Shown here: positions 41,181 to 51,198 of the stretch, piece after piece
Layout: each line of letters starts with the position of its first letter
How positions within the stretch are numbered: the first letter of the stretch is position 1
Assembly (NCBI GenBank): GCA_963662435.1
Contig: OY759598.1
Span: 2,264,507 to 2,328,506, forward strand
Reading direction: 5' to 3'
Source of the DNA: Dehalococcoidia bacterium
GTDB taxonomy: Bacteria > Chloroflexota > Dehalococcoidia > Lucifugimonadales > VXLM01
Length of the DNA stretch: 64,000 nt
The notes under the pieces: generated by a model
What the model was told of the DNA's origin: nothing
Database searches by the model: none
What the model saw: only the letters and a program-made list of their open reading frames with translations
Position numbers and translations under genes: made by a program

Positions 41181-42509
41181 TTAGAGTCCGTTATTTGCGA
41201 TGACGTCACGGTACCAGTGACCGCTCTTTTTGATCGTGCGTTCCTGAGTCTCAAAATCGCAGTGTACCAGGCCGAATGGACGGGAATAGCCGAAGGCCCA
41301 CTCGAAGTTGTCGATGAAGGTCCAGACGAAGTAACCTCGCAGGTCGACGCCGTCCTGAATGGCCCTATGTGCCGCCGAGAAATGGGATTGAAGATATTCG
41401 AGGCGACGGTCGTCATTGACGGCGCCTGAGTCGTCGAATCTGTCTTCGAAGGACGAACCGCTTTCGGTGACGTACAGCGGTAGGTCGCCGTAGGTGTCGC
41501 GGACCCAGGTCAGTGTCTCGTGGAGGCCGTCGGGAAAGACCTCCCAGCCCATGAGTGTATGCTCACCAGTCTGTTCGACTTGCTGAGCATCGACGACTCC
41601 GGCGCCCCTCTTGTTCGCATTGACCTGCCGCGTGTAATAGTTAACGCCGAGGAAGTCGATCGGCGAATGTACCTCGTCGAGATCATCATCGCGAACATTC
41701 GGCCAGGCCTCGCCAAACCATGCAGGTAAGACGTCTGGATAACTGCCCTCGAAAATGGGATCGAGATAGGCGCGATTGAGGAATGCATCGTTCCGTTCAG
41801 CGGCAGCGATGTCCTCGGTGGAGTCGCTGGCGGCGTGCTGAGGAGTGATGTTGACGGTGATCCCTATCTGTCCGTCGCCGCTGGATGCGCGGTAGAGTTG
41901 CACAGCCCTCCCGTGCGCCATCATGAGGTTGTGGCTCACCCGCAGTGCCGCCCAGTAGTCGTTGAGCCCCGGAGCCTGCGTACCGTCCAGGTGCCCGCGC
42001 TTGGACACCACACTCGGCTCATTGATCGTGATCCAGTGCCCTATTCGGTCGCCAAAGCGTGCGTATAGGGTCTGCGCGTACTGCCCGAACCAATCGACGA
42101 TCTCTCGGTTCGCCCAACCACCACGATCTTGCAAAGCGCCCGGAAGGTCCCAGTGATAGATGGTCACGAATGGAACGATCTCCGCTTCAAGCAGCGAGTC
42201 GATGATGCTCTCGTAGAAGTCCAGTCCGGCTTGATTGATTCGGCCCGTGCCTTCAGGGTAAATCCGCGGCCACGCGATAGACATGCGGTATGCTTTCAGG
42301 CCGAGGTCCTTCATAAGTGCAATGTCTTCGAGATACCTATTGAAATGGTCGTTCGAGACGTCGCCGGTCTCACCGTTGTGCGTCGTGCCCGGGGTATGCG
42401 AGAAGCGGTGCCAAATTGAGTCTCCTGCTCCGTCGGCCATGGGCGAACCCTCGATCTGATACGAGGCTGTCGCGCAGCCCCACATGAAGTCTCTAGGAAA
42501 TGTCAGCAA
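41181..42509 (-). CDS. Glycoside hydrolase family 1 beta-glucosidase
   Basis: FMWGCATASYQIEG, YHWDLP, catalytic TINEP and YVTESG, GYFVWTFIDNFEW. Probable TTG start at 42509. Confidence 0.95.
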   Translation of the reverse strand: MLTFPRDFMWGCATASYQIEGSPMADGAGDSIWHRFSHTPGTTHNGETGDVSNDHFNRYLEDIALMKDLGLKAYRMSIAWPRIYPEGTGRINQAGLDFYESIIDSLLEAEIVPFVTIYHWDLPGALQDRGGWANREIVDWFGQYAQTLYARFGDRIGHWITINEPSVVSKRGHLDGTQAPGLNDYWAALRVSHNLMMAHGRAVQLYRASSGDGQIGITVNITPQHAASDSTEDIAAAERNDAFLNRAYLDPIFEGSYPDVLPAWFGEAWPNVRDDDLDEVHSPIDFLGVNYYTRQVNANKRGAGVVDAQQVEQTGEHTLMGWEVFPDGLHETLTWVRDTYGDLPLYVTESGSSFEDRFDDSGAVNDDRRLEYLQSHFSAAHRAIQDGVDLRGYFVWTFIDNFEWAFGYSRPFGLVHCDFETQERTIKKSGHWYRDVIANNGL

Positions 42510-42825
42510 CTCTGCATAGCTCCTGTCCGGCGGTGTGGAAGACGGTGTGTACTTTCTCACGATGAGCGAAAATCGTCCAGTGACCGATGTCCTTGGCCAG
42601 AGCAATCGCATTCACACAATCCGTACTTGCCCATACCAGAAAAGGTTGAGGCTCTAGTCGGGCGGCAGTTGGTGGTGGAAGCCACTTTGTCCCGCACACC
42701 TGCCCTTCGACAGGTCTAGAGCTAACGGGCGGATGTTCGAGTCGGACTCCAGGGATCGTCCAATACCCCTGCCGTTTTGCGCATACAAGGCCAATGCGAT
42801 ACAGTTCGGCATCATCCGTCACCAC

Positions 42826-42862
42826 TTCTCTCTTCCCCACCGAGGGAGGGTCGGGGTGAGGG
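42826..42862. repeat. Degenerate REP-like element
   Basis: TTCTCTCTTCCCCACCGAGGGAGGGTCGGGGTGAGGG, just upstream of the GTG at 42879. Confidence 0.55.
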
Positions 42863-42878
42863 CATTCCAGGAGCAAGA

Positions 42879-44027
42879 GTGGCAGCAGCAAAGTACAAAG
42901 CGGCTATCATCGGATCAGGCAGGATGGGTGGCCTGATCGAGGACGAGCAACCACACACGAATACCTATACCAAGCCATACAGTCATTACATGGCATATAC
43001 GGTCACGCCGGAGACAGAGGTCGTGGCCGTTGCCAATCGAGGCGCACCCAGGCTGGAGCGCTACTTGAAACGGTTCCCGGTCGAAAATAGCTACCTCGAC
43101 TACCGAGAGATGATCCTAAAGGAAAAGCCGGATATCGTGAGCGTAACGACGCCGTCCTTCGCGCGCGCCGAGCCGATCATCTTCGCCGCCGAAAACGGTG
43201 TCAAAGGCATCTACGCCGAGAAGGGCCTGTGCTCCTCGCTGGAGGAGGCCGACAGAATCACCGCTGCAGTCAAGGCGAATAACGTGGCGTTCAACTGGGG
43301 CGCTTCGAGGCGACACCATAGCGCATACGTCCAGATGGCGGAAGCCATCGCCGCCGGCGAAATCGGCGTGCCGAAATTCGTGGTTTGCTACCAGTTCACC
43401 GACCTCATCAAGCATCATCCGCACACCCTCGACACAGCATCCATGCTAATCGGCGATCCCAAGGCCACTTGGGTAGAAGGGCGGCTGGTCGAGCCAGGCA
43501 GCGAGCGTGACAACTCCGTTGGGCGTATGGGGCCCCGCGACCCGAAAACCAATGAGCGAACCGGAAAGCTGTCATCACCAGAATACGACCCGGAGGGGCA
43601 CCATTTCGTCCCACCGGAAGGACAGGAGATCGCCGACCCGATGGTCGACTTCTTCCGCGTCGGCTACGAAAATGGAGTCGAAGGCGTGTTCATCCCGGCG
43701 GGCGGGGGCTGGAGCATTGAGGTACGCTGTACCGAGGGACACGCCTACGCCTGGGAGCATCAGGGCGTGTACCGCATCCGCAAGGGCCCGGGCCGGAGTA
43801 CGACCGTCGAAGAACGAGAGATCACCCCAACGGGATACAGCCCAACGTTGAACATCGTCCACGACATCGTAAACGAGCTGGATACAGGCGAACGCACCAA
43901 GGGCAATATCGACATCACCATGCAGATCGTCGAGCCGGAGTACGCCATCGCGCATTCATCCTTGGCGGATGGAGAGCGGGTGTCCATCCCTGTCGAGGAC
44001 AGGACCCTGCACATTCCCGGCGGATAG
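42879..44027 (+). CDS. Gfo/Idh/MocA family oxidoreductase
   Basis: KAAIIGSGRMG, IYAEKGL, HHPHTLD; GTG start after AGGAG. Confidence 0.88.
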   Translation: MAAAKYKAAIIGSGRMGGLIEDEQPHTNTYTKPYSHYMAYTVTPETEVVAVANRGAPRLERYLKRFPVENSYLDYREMILKEKPDIVSVTTPSFARAEPIIFAAENGVKGIYAEKGLCSSLEEADRITAAVKANNVAFNWGASRRHHSAYVQMAEAIAAGEIGVPKFVVCYQFTDLIKHHPHTLDTASMLIGDPKATWVEGRLVEPGSERDNSVGRMGPRDPKTNERTGKLSSPEYDPEGHHFVPPEGQEIADPMVDFFRVGYENGVEGVFIPAGGGWSIEVRCTEGHAYAWEHQGVYRIRKGPGRSTTVEEREITPTGYSPTLNIVHDIVNELDTGERTKGNIDITMQIVEPEYAIAHSSLADGERVSIPVEDRTLHIPGG

Positions 44028-44037
44028 GGATTCCAGG

Positions 44038-45432
44038 ATGCCGACTGAACCCATAGACGTTGGACAACACAGGCAGCTCTTTATCGACGACCTGTTTTTC
44101 GAAAAGCAAGACGGAGTCGAGTTGCAGATGCACCGACCCACGCTCGGTGACGTGATGTTCAAGAGAGACCGACCCTGGGAGGAACGCAGCCTCGATACCC
44201 CCAGCATTGTGAAAGACGGTGACCTGTACCGGATGTGGTACCGTGCCGACCAAGGCAGCCGAACGGCTCAGCGCGAATCAAATTCCTGGGTCTGCTACGC
44301 GGAGAGTCCTGACTGCATCGAGTGGATGAAGCCGGATCTGGGTCTCGTTGAGTATGATGGCTCGACGAAGAACAACATCCTGTTTCCGGCGGAGGGCATC
44401 AGCGGCGCCCCGGTAAAGAACCCCTCGGTCATAATCGACCCGAACGCGCCCGACGACGAGCGATACAAGATGATCGCGCGGACGGTGGATGTTAAGCCGA
44501 CGACGGTCCACGGGTTCGTCTCAGGCGACGGCATCAATTGGCGTCCGGTCACGGGAAATCCACTCTTGACAGACGGGCCTTTCGACAGCCACAACATCCT
44601 GGTATGGGACAACGAGCGAGAGAGCTACGTAATTTTTCTCAGAGGAATCGACGAAACTGTAGACGGCAAGTTCATCGGCGGCCGACGCGCGATTCGTCGT
44701 AGCGAGTCCGAGGATTTCGTGAACTGGTCAGTGCCCAAGCTGGTGGTCGCGCCGGATCAACACGACGCCTACGACTACCATCTCTACACAAACGCTGCCG
44801 TCAAATACCACAGGGCTGCTCGGGCCTACTTCATGTTTCCCATGACGTTGTATAACGAGCGTTTGTACTCTGGCGCTCCGTTCAACGGGCTTTCAGACGT
44901 TATCTTCGCTACAAGCCGCGACGGTATCCGGTGGGACCGACGGTTTCGGGAGCCGTTTGTAGCACCGGGACTCGACGAGCGAAATTGGACCGACCGGAAC
45001 CCCATGATGGGCGCGGGCATCGTCGAGACGGGACCGAATGAGCTGTCGATGGTGCTTCAGGAACTGCACAAGTCGGACGACAGCGGCTTTCGCCGATGCA
45101 CGATCCGGAAGGACGGCTTCGTCTCCGTACACGCGCCGTACTTCGGATGGAGTGAGTTCACAACCCTGCCGTTGAGGTTCTCCGGCACGAGGCTCGAACT
45201 GAATTACAGCACAAGCGGCGGCGGAAGTATATTCGTCGAGATGCAATACGCCGACGGTACTCCGGTTCCCGGATTCGACCTGGAGCACTGCGCCGAGATA
45301 TTCGGCGACAAGATATCGGGAGGCGCGGCTTGGGCCGGAGGGGGAGATTTGTCGGCACTCCAAGACGTCCCCACTAAGATGCGTTTCCAAATGCGCGACG
45401 CCGACCTATTTGCGTTCCGGTTCAGCGACTAG
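44038..45432 (+). CDS. Five-bladed beta-propeller glycoside-hydrolase-like protein (GH32-like clan) with C-terminal beta-sandwich
   Basis: RQLFIDD, YRMWY, YAESPDCIEWMKP, SGDGINW, SRDGIRW, RKDGFVS, GDLSALQ..RFQMRDADLFAFRF. Confidence 0.7.
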   Translation: MPTEPIDVGQHRQLFIDDLFFEKQDGVELQMHRPTLGDVMFKRDRPWEERSLDTPSIVKDGDLYRMWYRADQGSRTAQRESNSWVCYAESPDCIEWMKPDLGLVEYDGSTKNNILFPAEGISGAPVKNPSVIIDPNAPDDERYKMIARTVDVKPTTVHGFVSGDGINWRPVTGNPLLTDGPFDSHNILVWDNERESYVIFLRGIDETVDGKFIGGRRAIRRSESEDFVNWSVPKLVVAPDQHDAYDYHLYTNAAVKYHRAARAYFMFPMTLYNERLYSGAPFNGLSDVIFATSRDGIRWDRRFREPFVAPGLDERNWTDRNPMMGAGIVETGPNELSMVLQELHKSDDSGFRRCTIRKDGFVSVHAPYFGWSEFTTLPLRFSGTRLELNYSTSGGGSIFVEMQYADGTPVPGFDLEHCAEIFGDKISGGAAWAGGGDLSALQDVPTKMRFQMRDADLFAFRFSD

Positions 45433-46021
45433 GGCCTAGTCAGATCTAGGAACGATCAGGATGGGCAGGGACTCTGCCAACTGATCGAAAGAAGAAACTC
45501 GTTGGTCCCGATGCGCACTCCGACGCTGCGCGCGAACGCCCGGCCGAGAGCAGGAACGCGGAGTGTGTGTATCGGAAGGAAGGGTATTCGGAAAAGTTGA
45601 CGGCGGCGGGCGCTGAAGGACACGGAGACTTGTCTGCTCCACACTCTTTGTGTCGAAACTCCCTTCACAGGTTTGACCCGTAAGAACATATGCACTACCC
45701 TGCACAGTAACGGCTCCCACCATCCAATCTTCAGACAAACAGGAAATGGCACAGTTTCACCAAAGCCTCTCGATATGTGCAGGTACTCGGCCTATCCCGG
45801 TCTGGCCCTCTTTTCAATCAACTGAAAGTCCACCTTACTTTACGATAACGAGACAAATGCGCCAAAATGCATCAAAATGCATCACATTGCCGAAACTTCT
45901 CGCACGGACGAGCTCTTCCACCTCCCCGTCTGGCCACCCCTCGTTCCCTCGGTTAACTGAGGTCCATTCCCTTTAGAATGTGACTGGCGAAGAGAGAGGC
46001 GCTTTATCCCCTCTCCCGTCG

Positions 46022-47745
46022 GAGGCTGTCTCATAAGTAGGTTGCCTTATTGAAAATACAGAGGTTCTAGGGGTAAGTTTGTGTTGTTGCACCTGCTTTA
46101 GGAGAAGTGGCATGCCATTTCGGGACTTCAATCGGGAACAGGGGTGGCTTCTGCCGCCTGATCTGGGAGAGTTAGTAGGCCCCAATCATCCCGCACGATT
46201 CGCCGCGACCTTTGTGGACTCTCTCGATGAGGAGACGTGGAAGGAGTTGGGGATCGACCTGCGAGGCGATCCTATGGGAGCATCGTCCTATCACCCTCGC
46301 GCGTTGCTGAGCGTGTGGATATATGGGTTCATGACGGGTGTGCGTTCCAGCCGCAAGCTGGAGACGGCCTGCCGCGAACAGGTGGCCTTCATGTGGCTGA
46401 CCGGGAGGCAGAGGCCGGACCACAACACGCTGTGGAGGTTCTACAGGTCTCACCGAGAGCGGATGAGGGTTCTCCTGAGTCGCACGGTGCGCACGGCTGT
46501 GAAGGCCGGCTTGGTGGACTTGGCGCTTCAGGCGGTGGACGGGACACGAATCGCCGGTAACGCGTCCAGTGACCGCACCTACGACGCGGAGGGTCTCAGA
46601 CGGCTCTTGGAGCGTACGGAAGCAGCCATTGCGGACCTGGAAGCAAAGAACTCGACCGGAGGGGAGCCTGCACCAGTCGAACTACCATCGGAGATTGCGA
46701 GCGCCGAGGCATTGCGCGACCGAGTGGTCGACGCCCTTGGCCTCGTGCTGGAGGAGGAGGGAGCCAACCACGCGAACCTTACCGACCCTGACGCGGGGCT
46801 GCTCAAGAGCAAGGAAGGTGGCGTTATAGCCGGCTACAACGCCCAGTCGATGGTGGCGCCCATCACGTCCGGCGATGCCTCCGGCATGATCATCACGGCT
46901 GCGGATGTGACCTCCGGCTCGGACGACCACCCGCAGCTCGTTCCGATGATCCAGGCGTCTGCAGAGAATACGGGGACAGACCATGCGGTGACCGTCGCCG
47001 ACGCCGGATATCACTCAGGGACCAACCTTGCCGACTGCGCGTCCTCCGGACACCGCGTGCTCATGCCGGACACCCATAACCGCAGACGCCGCTCCCCGTA
47101 CCACAAGGACCACTTCACGTACGACCCTGAGAACGACACATACCTGTGCCCGAATCAGCAACCTCTCATCTTCAAGGACACGTTCAGACACGCGAACGGC
47201 TACAGACTCAGACGCTACAGGGCCGAGGGTGCGCTCTGCCGTACCTGCCCTGCCTTTGGAGAATGCACCACCTCTACCAACGGTCGAACCATAAGAATCA
47301 GCGAATACGAACCTGAGTTGAGACGACACAGAGAGATGATGTCTACCGAGTCTGCCAGGGCGAGTTATAAGCGGCGTCAGGGGCTGGTCGAGCCGGTGTT
47401 CGGCCTCCTCAAGGAGCATCACAGCGCCAGGCGGTTCCTGCTGCGAGGCCGTGAGAACGTCCTCTCCGAGTGGTGTCTGCTGGCTGCGGCGTTCAACCTC
47501 AAGAGCCTTCACAGGGTGTGGAGTGCCGCCTCGCCGTCAAACTCGCCTCACACCGGCTCGCCACGACTACATCCACGCTGTGGTCGCGTTGCCACTGATG
47601 CCGCCCGCAACCGCTTGGCACCGTTGCAGACGGCCCGACCGCGAATCGCCACTCGCAGACTGTATAGAGTCTACCGGTCATCCCCCATCACATCCCCAGC
47701 GTGTACTCAATCACTGCACGCCACGTGAAGCTATGAGACAGCCTC
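46022..47745 (+). mobile_element. IS1182-family insertion sequence (1724 bp)
   Basis: Perfect 14-bp terminal inverted repeats GAGGCTGTCTCATA (46022-46035) and TATGAGACAGCCTC (47732-47745) enclosing one transposase; flanks GTCG and TTCG form a near-duplication. Confidence 0.92.
46112..47728 (+). CDS. IS1182-family DDE transposase
   Basis: YHPRALL..SSRKLE..PDHNTLWRF N-terminal domain, AVDGTRI, TDPDA, GYNAQ, ADAGY, CP...C..CP...C, RQGLVEPVFG. Confidence 0.93.
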   Translation: MPFRDFNREQGWLLPPDLGELVGPNHPARFAATFVDSLDEETWKELGIDLRGDPMGASSYHPRALLSVWIYGFMTGVRSSRKLETACREQVAFMWLTGRQRPDHNTLWRFYRSHRERMRVLLSRTVRTAVKAGLVDLALQAVDGTRIAGNASSDRTYDAEGLRRLLERTEAAIADLEAKNSTGGEPAPVELPSEIASAEALRDRVVDALGLVLEEEGANHANLTDPDAGLLKSKEGGVIAGYNAQSMVAPITSGDASGMIITAADVTSGSDDHPQLVPMIQASAENTGTDHAVTVADAGYHSGTNLADCASSGHRVLMPDTHNRRRRSPYHKDHFTYDPENDTYLCPNQQPLIFKDTFRHANGYRLRRYRAEGALCRTCPAFGECTTSTNGRTIRISEYEPELRRHREMMSTESARASYKRRQGLVEPVFGLLKEHHSARRFLLRGRENVLSEWCLLAAAFNLKSLHRVWSAASPSNSPHTGSPRLHPRCGRVATDAARNRLAPLQTARPRIATRRLYRVYRSSPITSPACTQSLHAT

Positions 47746-47819
47746 TTCGCGGGAGAGGGCTTGGGTGAGGGTGCTCTGTTTAGCTATCTAAATCATGTGG
47801 GATCGATACTGGAATAGAC

Positions 47820-48812
47820 ATGACCAAGACCAAGATCGCCATTCTGGGATCTGACAATAGTCACGCTGAGCGCTTTCCGGAAATCCTGAACGTTGCCAGC
47901 CATCCGGACTACTGGGTGGACAGCAACGCGACGGTTCACGCCATTTGGGGCGAAGACGACTCTCGCACTCGCGAGGTCGCAGAGAAGGTGTCAATTCCGA
48001 ACGTCGCATCGACTCCCGAAGATGCGGTTGCCGATGCCAGTATCGTGTTCGTGGTCTCGCGACACGGCGGAATGCATCTTGACTTGGCTCGCGTCGCCAT
48101 CGATGCGCGCAAGCCGCTGTTCGTGGATAAACCTTTCACCGTCACGCCCGGCGACGCACGAGAACTGGTCGCCTTGTCGGAAGACACGTGCGTCCCTATG
48201 GTTTCATTCTCGACCCTGCGCTACGGCTCCGACACCGTTAACTTCAAACGGCACATGAGCGAGATCGGACCCGTCCGCTACGCTGGCTACACCGGACCGG
48301 CATCGCGGCAGAACGACTACGGTGGTCTGATCTTTTACTCGATACACACTGTCGAACTCATGCTTCACCTTCACGGCATCCACGTTAACTCGATCTACGC
48401 CATCGAGCACCCCACCGGCGTTGAGAAGTCGAACATCACCGCGACCTGTTCCTATGACGATGGTACCCTTGTAACACTGGCGTTCATCGGCGATGGCGCG
48501 TACCACTTTCACAAACGTGCCATAGGTGCCGAGGGCGTCATCGACAGTTCCGAGGACGAGCGCGATCTCTCTGCCGATGCGACGTCGTTCGGCAGGGCGG
48601 TTGGCGAGTCGGCGAACCAACCTTCGACGTCTATGTCGCAGGGCATGGCCGCAGACCACTACCCAAATGGCGTGCGAGAGGCCGTTCGAGTATTGCGAGG
48701 CGAAAAGACAAGCGAAATATCTCCCGCGCAGATGATACGTGCAGTACAAGTCTGCAATGCCATCGAAGAGAGCCTAAATACCGGCCGAGCGATCAACCCA
48801 TCTGAACTTTGA
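47820..48812 (+). CDS. Gfo/Idh/MocA family oxidoreductase
   Basis: KIAILGSDNSH, LFVDKPF, SFSTLRY, FYSIHTVE. Confidence 0.87.
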   Translation: MTKTKIAILGSDNSHAERFPEILNVASHPDYWVDSNATVHAIWGEDDSRTREVAEKVSIPNVASTPEDAVADASIVFVVSRHGGMHLDLARVAIDARKPLFVDKPFTVTPGDARELVALSEDTCVPMVSFSTLRYGSDTVNFKRHMSEIGPVRYAGYTGPASRQNDYGGLIFYSIHTVELMLHLHGIHVNSIYAIEHPTGVEKSNITATCSYDDGTLVTLAFIGDGAYHFHKRAIGAEGVIDSSEDERDLSADATSFGRAVGESANQPSTSMSQGMAADHYPNGVREAVRVLRGEKTSEISPAQMIRAVQVCNAIEESLNTGRAINPSEL

Positions 48813-48819
48813 GGAGGCA

Positions 48820-49944
48820 GTGATGGAACATATCACCATTTACAAGGGAACCGACTTCCACAGCGCGTTTCCGGAGGTAATTCGACTACAGAACGGCGAC
48901 CTCCTGACCGTCTTTCGGGAGGCCCCCGTTCGGCCGCCGAACGAACATGAAGGACTGCGCAACGCCGTCCACGTCCACCATCATCAGGACCCGGGCTCTC
49001 GGACGGCGCTGATGCGGTCGACCGACGACGGCGATACCTGGGACCCTGCTTCGCATACAATCGTCGATGCCGGCGGCGACCAGGACCTGAACCTCGCGAT
49101 GATCGCGCAAGTGTCTTCAGGCCAGGTAATCGTCAACCACATGCGCCTCTTCTCAGGCTGGACAGACGAGCAAAGCGCCGAAGTCGAGAATGAGAAATGG
49201 GTGTTGCCTAAGCGTCCAGGCAGAAACTTCGGGCGCATGGTTTGGGACAGCCTGTATCTGTACCGCTCCGACGATAACGGCCACACCTTCGCACCGGCTG
49301 AGCCCTTCAGTGTCGAATCGATGACATACTGGTCTCATACCGGCAAGACCGGTGTTGTCGAGTTGCCTGATGGTACTTGGCTGCTGCCCTTCCACGGGAT
49401 GGGAAGCCCGGGGGAGATCGGACGTGTGTACGTAGTGAGATCCTACGACCAGGGCAAGACGTGGGTCCGACCTTCGACTGTCGCGTACGATCCCAACAAC
49501 CAGGTTAGCTTCGGCGAACCTCCGCTGCTTCGCCTTTCAAATGGCAGACTACTGACCATGATGCGTACCGGCGGCAGCGACGACCATATGTACCAGGCCT
49601 ACTCCACCGACGATGGCTGGACTTGGCGTGGCTTGAAGAAGAGCCCGATCTGGGGTTACCCCTGCAACCTCATCGAGCTAGACAGCGGTCGTATTCTCTG
49701 CACCTATGGATACCGTCGAGAGCCTTTTGGCATCCGAGCTGCCTTCAGCGACGACCAGGGTGAGACATGGGACATGGACAATGAGGTCGTCATACGCGAC
49801 GACGGCCTCCACGTTGACCTCGGCTACCCTTCCTCCATCCAAAAGAAGGATGGTCGCATCCTCTCAACTTACTACTACCACGGCGAGGATGCCATCCGCT
49901 TCATAGGTGGTAGCGTCTGGTCCGAGAGTGACGTGTACGGATAG
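48820..49944 (+). CDS. Sialidase-like (BNR/Asp-box) beta-propeller protein
   Basis: Asp-boxes STDDGDTW, SDDNGHTF, SYDQGKTW, STDDGWTW and SDDQGETW; AFP and DLGYP motifs. Confidence 0.82.
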   Translation: MMEHITIYKGTDFHSAFPEVIRLQNGDLLTVFREAPVRPPNEHEGLRNAVHVHHHQDPGSRTALMRSTDDGDTWDPASHTIVDAGGDQDLNLAMIAQVSSGQVIVNHMRLFSGWTDEQSAEVENEKWVLPKRPGRNFGRMVWDSLYLYRSDDNGHTFAPAEPFSVESMTYWSHTGKTGVVELPDGTWLLPFHGMGSPGEIGRVYVVRSYDQGKTWVRPSTVAYDPNNQVSFGEPPLLRLSNGRLLTMMRTGGSDDHMYQAYSTDDGWTWRGLKKSPIWGYPCNLIELDSGRILCTYGYRREPFGIRAAFSDDQGETWDMDNEVVIRDDGLHVDLGYPSSIQKKDGRILSTYYYHGEDAIRFIGGSVWSESDVYG

Positions 49945-50139
49945 GAAGCTCAGTTCGTACACGTAAAATACCAAGGACAACTTCAAGGCAGACGTGATAC
50001 CCGAGAATTGGGAACCGCGGTTGCGCTAGTAGGCTGCGGAAGTACGATTCTGCGGAATTGGATACGGCCACACCGTAATGGGGTTGGTCACCTCATGGGA
50101 CAAAGACTCGACCCACAGCCGGTTGGCTTTCGTGGATCT

Positions 50140-50403
50140 GGAATAGCGGGTTTTCCAGGACCATCCCATCCGCACCATCAAGATCATTGCCAAGGAGGCC
50201 TAGGAGCGTCAGTTCCGCCGGAGCGACTGCTAAAGGCTCGCACTATCTCCCTCTTCTCGATGCGCAGCGAGCGAGCCTTCTACGAAGTGTTCGAATACAA
50301 CCTGCTGTTCCGTTGGTTCCTTGATATGAACCTAATGGAGTGCGGCTTCGACCCTACGGTGTCCAAGAAGAACCGGCAGCGGCTCGTGCGCTGCTGGGGT
50401 TGA
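50140..50403 (+). pseudogene. IS5-family-like transposase N-terminal fragment
   Basis: SVPPERLLKA..SMRSERAF.E..EYNLLFRWFLDM..FDPTV.KKNRQRL followed by a stop; no catalytic domain. Confidence 0.75.
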
Positions 50404-50608
50404 GGCGAGGTAGACAACTGTTGAAACTTCCGAGCTCATCCAGAGGGTCAGGATCGCTCACGCTCGTGAACACTCCAGAGCTCTGGGGGATACCTGCAAG
50501 TTCGAATTCATAGGGGCCTTACCGTCTTAAACGACCGGACTATCGCTTGCCCCTCCGTCCGCTTCTTACTAGCGGGCCACGCGATAGTCCGAGTCGATCC
50601 GGTTTAGC

Positions 50609-50935
50609 CTACCAGCGGGAACCCCCGCCGTATCCACCACCGCCGCCGTATCCACCGCCACCGCCGCCGCCGCCACGGCCACCGCGACCGCCCTCGCGCG
50701 GCTTGGACTCATTGACCGTCAACGTCCGGCCCAATTGCTCGGTGCCGTTCAGGGCTGCGATAGCCGCTTCTGCCTCTTGTTGGCTCGGCATCTCGACGAA
50801 GCCGAAGCCACGAGAACGGCCCGAGTCTCGGTCGGTTACGACCCTGGCGGACTGCACCTCGCCATGGTTGGCGAAGGCGGTCTCCAAAGTCTGGTCTGTC
50901 TCATCGAACGATAGGTTGCCCACATAAATGTTCAT
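50609..50935 (-). CDS. RRM RNA-binding protein with Gly-rich tail
   Basis: RNP2 IYVGNL, RNP1 RGFGFVEM, GGGGY repeats. Confidence 0.95.
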   Translation of the reverse strand: MNIYVGNLSFDETDQTLETAFANHGEVQSARVVTDRDSGRSRGFGFVEMPSQQEAEAAIAALNGTEQLGRTLTVNESKPREGGRGGRGGGGGGGGYGGGGGYGGGSRW

Positions 50936-51198
50936 GTGACGCTCCTGTGTACTAAAATCTCCTCATCGTAGCAAGCGTCACAATCGATCCTGGGACTAAG
51001 TAGCTTGAGAATAAATCGGAAGCGGAACGGGGTTGCGTCTGATTATGGAGTCACAGTCAGCATAGCACACAATCACAGTTCGTACTATCAATTCGGATAT
51101 CGCGACGAATTAGATTCGGACAATCGAATACGACCGCCACGCCGTCTCACTGGCATGGAACAGTCTGCCTGGCAGTTGTGAGCTTGTTCCCCGGTTGC

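Noticed and set aside
45436..45976. Short ORFs between the propeller gene and the IS
   Set aside because: No recognisable motifs and atypical composition; left unannotated.
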